A stretch of 64,000 nt of DNA, from positions 25,283 through 89,282 of the forward strand of contig JBILDU010000002.1 of NCBI GenBank assembly GCA_044352465.1, in the 5' to 3' direction. Positions 57,044-64,000 of the stretch are shown here, in pieces (position 1 is the first letter of the stretch; every line of letters begins with the position of its first letter). A model generated the notes under the pieces. That model saw nothing but the letters and a program-made list of their open reading frames with translations, ran no database searches and had not been told where the DNA came from. The translations under genes and the position numbers were made by a program. The DNA comes from Bdellovibrionota bacterium. Its GTDB lineage: Bacteria > Bdellovibrionota_C > UBA2361.

Positions 57044-57436
57044 ATGCAGCAGGAGGCTCAGTTCGTTTTCCATAATATGGATCGGTCCGAAGCGCTCGAG
57101 GGGCGCGCGCGCGAGAAGCTTCAACGCCTCGATCGGATGTTTAATGGAATCGTGGGGTGCCGCGTGGCTTTTGAAGCGCGTCACCGGCACCACCGGCAAG
57201 GCACTATATTCCATGTCACGATAAATTTAGCGCTCCCTGGAGCTGATGTTGTTGTTACCTCGCTTCCCGAAAAGAACCATGCCCATGAGGATCCTTTTGT
57301 GGCGCTCCGAGACGCGTTTGATGCGGCGTGGCGACAGCTTGAGGCACGGGTTGGTCGGATGCGGGGAGAGGCTCACCGCGGACGAGCGCTGGTCGCAGGG
57401 CAGGAGCGACTCGAGGAAGAGGGGGAGGGTCGATAG
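57044..57436 (+). CDS. HPF/RaiA family ribosome-associated protein
   Basis: FHNMDRSEALE, CRV...HRHHRQG, HEDPFVALRDAFDAAWRQL; no C-terminal cold-shock domain. Confidence 0.85.
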   Translation: MQQEAQFVFHNMDRSEALEGRAREKLQRLDRMFNGIVGCRVAFEARHRHHRQGTIFHVTINLALPGADVVVTSLPEKNHAHEDPFVALRDAFDAAWRQLEARVGRMRGEAHRGRALVAGQERLEEEGEGR

Positions 57437-57536
57437 TATTGCGGGAGCTCCTTTCGACGATGCCGAAAATACTCGGCGGCGGAAAGGAGGTGACGTGAGA
57501 GCAATTTTTTAAATAGGCCCAAATCGATAGCGATTC

Positions 57537-58547
57537 TCAACTAAACACTCGGGGAGTAAGTCCCCGCAGGCGAGTAACCATAAACTCACGCATTTCAGCC
57601 TCGAGAGCTGGGGGATAACTGGCGATTCCGGCGGTGTTCACCTGAAGCGTTCCGTACTCAACCGCCGCAGCGGGGCGGAGCCGCTTCAAGTTTTTGAAGA
57701 ACTCCCCATTCATCCGAAATACACCGACGGTCACATCCTCGATGCGTTCCCAAGGAAGGTTCCTACCAACCTCTTGAATCAGCTCCCCATACTCCTCACG
57801 CCAGGTGGGGCTCCATAAAATGGGGTCGAAGACGAGCCGTACCCGCCAGCCGTGATCGAGCGCTGCGCGGGCGGCGGTCAGCCGTGCTGCGAGCGAAGCG
57901 GTGAGGTGCTCGAATCGATTCACGAGCGGTTCCGGGGAAACGGTCCAGGCGAGAATTGCGTTCGAAACGGGGCGAAGGTGGGCGATCTTTGAGAAACCCG
58001 CACTTTTGGTCCGAATCTCTATCGTGATTCCGGAATCCTCGCGTGCGAACTCGATCCAACGACCGGTCAGCGGCAAGATCCCCTCGAATCCGAGAAGATC
58101 GGTGTCGTAAGAGAGGGAGAGGTAGATCGAGCCGTGGCGAAGCCGCTCGTGACGAGCAGCTTCAAAGAATGCCGCTGAATTCACGAAGACAACGATATTT
58201 GCTGAACGGTACATTCCTTGGAGGTAGCAATACGAGCAGTCGTAGAGGCAATTGATAAGCGGGGTATTATAGAATGCGGGGGTAGATCCGACCGACTGGA
58301 CGATGTCGGGCATCGGGTAAATTAACCCCTCGCGACGCACCGCAAGCACGAGCTTTTGGGTTTTTTTCTGGAGCCGCCATTCCTGGTGGGGACGATTCAA
58401 GATCTCACTGAATCGCTCGATCACGACCTGCTCGGCTCGGGGGAATCGCTCAAGCACTGCTCGAGTGTCGGGATAATCAAACGCCTCCCGCTCGATATAG
58501 ATATGGGAGAATTTACGGGTGAGCGAGGGCACGATGAGCCTCTTCAA
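57537..58547 (-). CDS. Spore-photoproduct-lyase-like radical SAM protein
   Basis: CxxxCxxC in NCLYDCSYCYLQGMY; SYDTDLL, EIRTKS, AWTVSP, E..TASL..RL, FDPI. Confidence 0.85.
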   Translation of the reverse strand: MKRLIVPSLTRKFSHIYIEREAFDYPDTRAVLERFPRAEQVVIERFSEILNRPHQEWRLQKKTQKLVLAVRREGLIYPMPDIVQSVGSTPAFYNTPLINCLYDCSYCYLQGMYRSANIVVFVNSAAFFEAARHERLRHGSIYLSLSYDTDLLGFEGILPLTGRWIEFAREDSGITIEIRTKSAGFSKIAHLRPVSNAILAWTVSPEPLVNRFEHLTASLAARLTAARAALDHGWRVRLVFDPILWSPTWREEYGELIQEVGRNLPWERIEDVTVGVFRMNGEFFKNLKRLRPAAAVEYGTLQVNTAGIASYPPALEAEMREFMVTRLRGLTPRVFS

Positions 58548-59352
58548 AGATCGCTTTAAGTTCAGCTTTTGAGCTCGGCTCCCGATGGAGGAAGCGTTTG
58601 AGTGCGGTAAGTTCCTCCCCGGTGCGTAGCACGTATTCCCTTGCCGCAGTGGTGAGCAGTTGCTTCTGGCTTGCGGTAAAACGATAGGCGCTTAGAAACT
58701 GGTCGAGGATCGCTTTGTCGTCTGGGGGGAAACTAAATTTTTCACCCGAATGAGCGGCCGCAAGCGCCGTGAGGTAGCCATCGATTGCACCGCAGTGCGG
58801 GGCGATGAGCTGCGAAATACCCTCCTTGGTAAGCTGTGCAGGGGAGAAATGATCGGAGACTACTTTCAGAATGCTCCACGCCGAGGGGGCGGTGTAAATC
58901 GAGGCTGTTTCAGCAAAGCCGCTTCCCTCCATATCAACGAGGGCGATGTCCTCGAGTTCAGTTGGCACAGTCATAACCGGCACATCAAAAGTCGTTAAGT
59001 GCGTCTCGATGAAGGGATGAGCGATAACCGGATCGGGGAGGTAATGACGCGCGGTCGCGTGATCGCGGATCCGATGGGCATAATAGATCTCACCGAGCGG
59101 ATGCGTTGCTGGTGCGGCACATACTCCGATATTAAGAATCAGGGGAGTAAGATGGGGTGACCCAGCGCAGAGCGCTGCAGTGCCGATGGCGCTCCGCATC
59201 TTTCCAACGCCGGTGACGAGAAGATCGATCGGGCCCGTGGAGCTCTCTCCGCGAAACACCTGAAATGCGCGGTGATGAACCTGTCGGCGCAGTCGCCAAT
59301 AGTCGATGAGCGGCGCAGCTTCGCAGTGAAGAGCAGTTACGATGAACGTCAT
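58513..59352 (-). CDS. Nucleoside phosphorylase / MTA-SAH nucleosidase-fold protein
   Basis: TALHCEA, TGVGK, NIGVCA, VDMEGSGF, KVVSD; overlaps the radical SAM gene by 35 bp. Confidence 0.8.
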   Translation of the reverse strand: MTFIVTALHCEAAPLIDYWRLRRQVHHRAFQVFRGESSTGPIDLLVTGVGKMRSAIGTAALCAGSPHLTPLILNIGVCAAPATHPLGEIYYAHRIRDHATARHYLPDPVIAHPFIETHLTTFDVPVMTVPTELEDIALVDMEGSGFAETASIYTAPSAWSILKVVSDHFSPAQLTKEGISQLIAPHCGAIDGYLTALAAAHSGEKFSFPPDDKAILDQFLSAYRFTASQKQLLTTAAREYVLRTGEELTALKRFLHREPSSKAELKAIFEEAHRALAHP

Positions 59353-59576
59353 AGGGATGAATTATACAACTGAGTTGCCCAAAAAAGAACCTATCTCAGC
59401 ACGATAAAAGCTTTCGAAAATCCTCCGCGACGGATTGGAGGAGCCAGCCCCATTCCGGTGTTCGTACTTCACCCCCCGGACCTTCTTTTTGGTTAAAAGA
59501 CGTTTCTCTCCGCCTACCAATATGCGACCTACGACCAAGCGATGAGCAGGTGGGCTAGCGCCTCCGTTCGATTGAG

Positions 59577-60425
59577 TCATCGGCGACCCCGCGAGAAGCC
59601 GAGAACGAGGGAGGTAAGGAGAGGCGGGGGAGGCGCGTTGACCGCAGAGCGAACCCCTGGGGGAAGGGAGACGGTTCGCGGGGCCAGAGTCCTTACCGAA
59701 ACAAATGGCGAAGCGTCGCGAACCACGATCGCCCCTGTTGCTGAAACGAGGGTGAGCACCACCGGAGTGAGTGACTCGATTGAATGCAGCAAAATATCAC
59801 CACCAGCGATGATCAGCGCGTCCCCGGTAACTCGCAGCGGTGCCACCGTCTCGAGGAATCCAGCCACGGAGAGACGGGTGTACGGTTGATGGGTGCCTGG
59901 ACGGGGCAGTTCGACTGCCTCGGGTATGAAGCCGTTGACCGGGAAGGCGGTACTCTCCGCGAGGAGCGCCGAGCGAAGGATACATGTCGTTAGAGAGCGC
60001 ATCGACCCGCGCGAGAGGGGTTCGCCGTTGAACGACCGATCGCCTTGGGCTTGCCGCGATTCAGCACATCCGGTCGAGGGAATGAGCACCGAATCGAGAT
60101 CGATCGTCGGTCCGACGAGGAGATCCACTGTCGATTCGATCGAAAAGCTCCGCATCGATGCTTGGGCCGATCGGCTCTCAAGGTGCGGTGAGGTCGTTGC
60201 GGTGATACGAGGTAGGGCGAGCTGATCGATAAGGGAAGCGGTCGCGCGGAAATACGCACGGTCTGAATCGATTGTCGTGCTAACGGTCGCACTGCTCCCC
60301 ATGATCACCCGCCAGGTGGCGAGGCTTAGAAGCGCGAGGAGCGACACGCCCATGAGGAGGGCGAGGGCGAGAAAGCCCTCCTCTTGGCTAGGTCTACGGA
60401 CCTTTGAGGGGTGGTCAAGGGTCAT
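59577..60425 (-). CDS. PilX-like minor pilin
   Basis: EEG|FLALALL hydrophobic helix without Glu5; RAYFRA; ATGA overlap with the upstream gene. Confidence 0.6.
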   Translation of the reverse strand: MTLDHPSKVRRPSQEEGFLALALLMGVSLLALLSLATWRVIMGSSATVSTTIDSDRAYFRATASLIDQLALPRITATTSPHLESRSAQASMRSFSIESTVDLLVGPTIDLDSVLIPSTGCAESRQAQGDRSFNGEPLSRGSMRSLTTCILRSALLAESTAFPVNGFIPEAVELPRPGTHQPYTRLSVAGFLETVAPLRVTGDALIIAGGDILLHSIESLTPVVLTLVSATGAIVVRDASPFVSVRTLAPRTVSLPPGVRSAVNAPPPPLLTSLVLGFSRGRR

Positions 60426-61285
60426 CGGCGAGCCCCCATAAAGGTAAAGAATGTGGAACGGTAGGTGCTGGGAGGTAAAAAATCGAGGCTCCAAGGGGGG
60501 CCGTGGGCGAGCTGGAGCGAGACTCGATAGGCCGGTGGAAGAGAAGCTGTACCCGCAGTGATTGATATCTGCATCGCTTTAAAGCCCCTTAGGAGGGGCT
60601 GATTTTCAGGCGTCTCAAACCCCCGATGGCTGAGATAGCGGATCTCCCCGGTGTGAGAGAGATACACCGAATACTCCCGTACGACCGGTATGAATGTCGT
60701 TGCCGTCGTGAGCGTTGCCGGGGATAGCGGCACCACAGTACTGGGGATAGGGGAGAGGTGTGCCTCAAAGCATGGAGTGGCTGACGTTCGGTGTAGAGTT
60801 GCGGTCGTTAAGAGCGCCCCATCGACCGAGAGTGCCAGCAGGAGTCGGGTATCGCTGGGGGGACTCTCTCCCCAGCGAGAGCAGATTTCCAAGGCTTCAT
60901 TCGGGAGGGGCTGGTGGAGGTCGAGCGTTCCGCGTATCGCGAGCTCAAGAGCTGAGACTCCGTTGCTCTGAGGCGCCGGATGGAAACGCGGATGATTGAC
61001 TATCGGGTGTGTCGTTCCATCGGTATACGCGATAGTTCCATCGGGATGGATCCTGGCAGGAAGAGGGAGGCGGTGTGCGCTGACATGCTCGAAGAGCGGA
61101 GTCAAAATCGCTTTTAAAGAGGTGACATGAGAGATTTCTTGGCTCGTTACTCTCGTCTTCTGATGGGCTTCGATAGCAGCCGTAACCGCAGCGGTGAGTC
61201 CGATAATAAGAGGAGCTCCCACGATGAGTGTTGTGAGTATCTCAAGGATCGTTGTCCCGATCTCGTGTTTGCACTGGGGGAGCAT
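60422..61285 (-). CDS. PilW/PulJ-like minor pilin
   Basis: EIG|TTILE prepilin-like motif plus hydrophobic helix; late NQPLL motif. Confidence 0.6.
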   Translation of the reverse strand: MLPQCKHEIGTTILEILTTLIVGAPLIIGLTAAVTAAIEAHQKTRVTSQEISHVTSLKAILTPLFEHVSAHRLPLPARIHPDGTIAYTDGTTHPIVNHPRFHPAPQSNGVSALELAIRGTLDLHQPLPNEALEICSRWGESPPSDTRLLLALSVDGALLTTATLHRTSATPCFEAHLSPIPSTVVPLSPATLTTATTFIPVVREYSVYLSHTGEIRYLSHRGFETPENQPLLRGFKAMQISITAGTASLPPAYRVSLQLAHGPPWSLDFLPPSTYRSTFFTFMGARR

Positions 61286-61290
61286 CGGTG

Positions 61291-61587
61291 TTACGACCCC
61301 ACATAGAAAGCGCGACGTGAGTCGGACGTGCCCCCGCAGATAACGGTCGCACCGTCGTGGATACAGGGGGGCTTGCTCCCGTGGGTAGAGAGCTGCTGGC
61401 CGAGGTGCTCACGCAGGCGCTGAGTGATGAGGCGTAGTTTTAAAGCTCCCTCGTACCCTGCTTTCGAAATGCTGAGCGCCACGAAGGAGATGAGTGCGAG
61501 CGCTAACATAAGCTCGAGGAGGCCGAGCCCTCGATTATTAAAACGTTTCAACACGACCCTCGCCCCTCTTTCAATCGATCGATACAC
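61291..61587 (-). CDS. PilV-like small minor pilin
   Basis: NNRG|LGLLELMLAL prepilin motif; C-terminal Cys pair; start may be GTG 61554. Confidence 0.6.
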   Translation of the reverse strand: MYRSIERGARVVLKRFNNRGLGLLELMLALALISFVALSISKAGYEGALKLRLITQRLREHLGQQLSTHGSKPPCIHDGATVICGGTSDSRRAFYVGS

Positions 61588-62080
61588 TGACTCGGCCTCG
61601 GAGAGACACCGTCACTCGCCCGACCCGGTTTTCACTCTGTAGGACGATCGTGCGTGGTGAGGTTGCACCCGAGGGGAAAAAAATGAGCTCTACCTCTGCA
61701 TCCTTGGCGCTACGACATTCGACACGTTCGTCGTAACGGTGGACACGCCGTGTTGATGCGGAATCGCCGCGAGCCGTATTGCTCTCAAGAGCCAGCGGAA
61801 CGGTCCACCCCGTCCGTGAGACCGTGAGCTGCTGGCGCACACCCGACGTTACGGCTCTGAGGTGAAGCTCTTGAAGCACCCGGGTAAGCGTTTCGATCTC
61901 CCCCCGGAGGGCGAATCCCGCGCCGAAGGAGCGACCCGAACCGTAGACCAATCCACCGACGATGCCGCAGAGCGCCACCCCGATGAGGAGCTCCACGACC
62001 GAAACACCGCGCGATTTGGCGACCGGCCTTCGCGGTGCCCGTCGGATAAGCGCGCTCGGTGCTGAACAGGTAAAAGCCAT
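61571..62080 (-). CDS. FimT/GspH-like minor pilin
   Basis: SRG|VSVVELLI motif; RAV..G; LIFFPSGATSPRTIVL...VTVSLRGRV C-terminus. Confidence 0.72.
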   Translation of the reverse strand: MAFTCSAPSALIRRAPRRPVAKSRGVSVVELLIGVALCGIVGGLVYGSGRSFGAGFALRGEIETLTRVLQELHLRAVTSGVRQQLTVSRTGWTVPLALESNTARGDSASTRRVHRYDERVECRSAKDAEVELIFFPSGATSPRTIVLQSENRVGRVTVSLRGRVSVSID

Positions 62081-62273
62081 ACCGGGTTATCGCGCTTCAC
62101 AGTCGAGTGTTGCCACGATAGCTCTTTTATTCGGGGGATAGCTGCCCAGCGCGCCCGATAGGACGCGAGGGAGAGCTTAATTTTTAGGGCTCTTCGCCGC
62201 TGGGAGCACGCGTGCCGGCAGATAGACGCTCGCAGGCACGTCAGATAAAATGAGCGCCCGTTGGGTATCTCGG

Positions 62274-63116
62274 CTACGAGAGTGATTTCTTCTCGCGCTC
62301 TTCGTCGGAGGTGGGGCGCGTTCGCGCGGAGTCAATACCGTTCGAAGAGGAGTCGATAATCGTCTCATTTGAACGTTGGGTCAGGAACGGGTCGGATAGC
62401 TCGGAGGCGTAGACACTGGCGAGGGCGGCAGGGCTTATGAGATTACCGCCACCGGCGGCTTGAGCCTCGGCTTTTGCCGCTAGGGTCTGGGCATCTTCCA
62501 GTTCTACGACGGACGATATCTTCTTTGAGAGGCCCTCGTTACCGGCGATAAACGAGGAGAGCTCGGTAAGGCCGACGTTAAGTCTGACGACAGCGTTGCT
62601 AGCATTTAAAGTAGTTGCAACACTTGCGTTAATCACCCGGGTGACCCCACTTCCGCCGGGAAGGACTGCGGCGACGTTCAGGTCCCGAGATGGAACGTTT
62701 ATGGTGAGGTCGACTGGGGTGCTCTCGAGCACGCCGATGCCGTTTACCGAAGCCGCGGCCTTGACCCTCTGAATCTCATCAGCCTGGGTGTTTATCTGAT
62801 CGTTTAACTCCGTGAGCCGGGCAGACTGGGGGAGATCTTCCGCCTCCTTCGCGATGCGATATTGCTCCAATCGAGCGGTGCGGATGCTCTCGAGAGCTGC
62901 CGCCTGAGTTTCGACAAACCGCTCGGCTAAGCTCACCGCGCGGGGCTTATTATACACCCTTTCAGAGCGAACGATCACCGCAGCGTCGACCTCCTCTCCG
63001 CGTGGTTCGGCTCCAAGGCGGGCGGAGAGGGATTCGGCGTTGCTATCACGCCGCGGAGCCCCCAGAGGGGGATCCCCCCCCCGGGCGCGACGTAGTCGAT
63101 CGATCGGGTTCGTCAT
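62274..63116 (-). CDS. Highly diverged flagellin-like protein (D1-like core only)
   Basis: DEIQRVKAAASVNGIGVLESTPV aligns with EEIQRIGATTEFNGAPVLDGSPL of the adjacent flagellin; D0 motifs absent. Confidence 0.6.
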   Translation of the reverse strand: MTNPIDRLRRARGGDPPLGAPRRDSNAESLSARLGAEPRGEEVDAAVIVRSERVYNKPRAVSLAERFVETQAAALESIRTARLEQYRIAKEAEDLPQSARLTELNDQINTQADEIQRVKAAASVNGIGVLESTPVDLTINVPSRDLNVAAVLPGGSGVTRVINASVATTLNASNAVVRLNVGLTELSSFIAGNEGLSKKISSVVELEDAQTLAAKAEAQAAGGGNLISPAALASVYASELSDPFLTQRSNETIIDSSSNGIDSARTRPTSDEEREKKSLS

Positions 63117-63919
63117 TTCTTACTCCCACTCCCTCCCAGAAGATTAAAGACCGTGGATGTCTCAAGCCTGGCAGCTTGAGCGTTCAACGCCGCCGTCTGA
63201 TTCTGGAGAATCGCCTGCGCCGTTAACTTGGACATCTCCTCAGCCACGTTGAGGTCGGTAATCTGCGCTCGTGCAGCGGCGTAATTTTGGCGCATGACAT
63301 CGTTCAATGCCGAGGCCTTTTCTATCCGCGATGTCGCTGCGCCGATCTCCCCGCGGGCCGAGGTCAGGCCCGTGCTGACCTCTCGAATCGCGTCGATCGC
63401 CGAGCGGGCTGAGGCTTGGGAGGTAAGGCTTTGCGATGTCAGACTCGAAGCGATCTGGGCGAGGTTCACCCCCTCAGCGGTGACGCGTGAGCTGCTCGCT
63501 GAGTCAGTTCCGACCTGAACGACCAGGGGGGATCCGTCGAGAACGGGTGCCCCATTGAACTCCGTCGTTGCACCGATACGCTGAATCTCCTCGACCAGTT
63601 GGTTGTATTGGGCTTGAATCGCCCCGCGCTGCTCGTCATTGAGGGTACCGTTGGCTGCCTGCGTTGCCAGGGCCTGGAGCTCCCCGGTGAGGCTTGACGC
63701 TTGGGAGAGGGCGCTATCAGCGACCTCAAATCGCGAGACCGCATACGAAATGTTCTTAGATGCCTCCGAAAGCGAAGCTATTGATGCGCTGAGCTTCGAA
63801 GCGATGCTTAGTCCAGCCGGATCGTCGGCGGCTTTGGAGATACGTAAGCCGCTCGAGAGTTTCGTAAAAGAGACGAGATTCGGGATCCTGGATCCCGTGA
63901 ATCCACTAACTTTAGTCAT
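63113..63919 (-). CDS. Flagellin with shortened N-terminus
   Basis: KLSSGLRISKAADDPAGL, LATQAANGT, EIQRI..TEFNG, AARAQITDLNVAEEM; GAGG SD upstream. Confidence 0.9.
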   Translation of the reverse strand: MTKVSGFTGSRIPNLVSFTKLSSGLRISKAADDPAGLSIASKLSASIASLSEASKNISYAVSRFEVADSALSQASSLTGELQALATQAANGTLNDEQRGAIQAQYNQLVEEIQRIGATTEFNGAPVLDGSPLVVQVGTDSASSSRVTAEGVNLAQIASSLTSQSLTSQASARSAIDAIREVSTGLTSARGEIGAATSRIEKASALNDVMRQNYAAARAQITDLNVAEEMSKLTAQAILQNQTAALNAQAARLETSTVFNLLGGSGSKK

Positions 63920-64000
63920 GGTACAACCTCACTGTCTACGAATCTCACCCCCCGGAAACGGTGCAGAAAGGGGGTGAAATCCTCCTCTTTAATCCGTGGT

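Noticed and set aside
57483..57512. Perfect SD (AAAGGAGGTGA) followed by a 5-codon ORF
   Set aside because: Too short, tight spacing, and in a convergent 3' region; cannot be supported.
59362..59580. 72-aa ORF with ATGA overlap after the PilX-like gene
   Set aside because: No recognisable features, and it runs through the probable promoter (TATAAT at 59361-59366) of the next gene; likely spurious but not excluded.
912..63977. Numerous long antisense or alternate-frame ORFs in the track (e.g. 912..1616, 27298..28095, 30103..30846, 46815..47615)
   Set aside because: Shadows of well-supported genes in GC-rich DNA; no independent motifs.

Overview
Chromosomal core/surface-biology region of a GC-rich diderm bacterium. 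The gene content (pilMNOQ, Gld-like ABC exporter, orphan cpaB, PT-rich exported proteins, RRM protein) suggests a deltaproteobacterial-grade or Bdellovibrionota-like lineage; this is inference only. Housekeeping genes: priA, accBC, tdk, ffs(SRP RNA)-dnaX-ybaB-recR-tRNA-Asn, hisS, PBP1A, AmpD, cyclophilin. These are interleaved with large Pro/Thr-rich exported proteins (one an S8 protease), a type IV pilus operon lacking pilP, a divergent four-gene minor pilin set, a Fur/Zur-MerC pair with a candidate operator, a GT3 glycogen synthase, and an SPL-like radical SAM plus nucleosidase pair. I found no integrase, transposase, prophage or CRISPR array. The most unusual signal is three flagellin-family genes with no flagellar neighbours. 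One is a compact flagellin downstream of cpaB. The other two are an N-terminally shortened flagellin translationally coupled to a highly diverged 'D1-only' flagellin derivative, upstream of the minor pilins. The two recognisable flagellins share an identical 9-mer at exactly the same offset upstream of their start codons. Several genes look leaderless (-10-like hexamer, then 6 nt, then the start codon). All calls come from reading the sequence; no searches were run.
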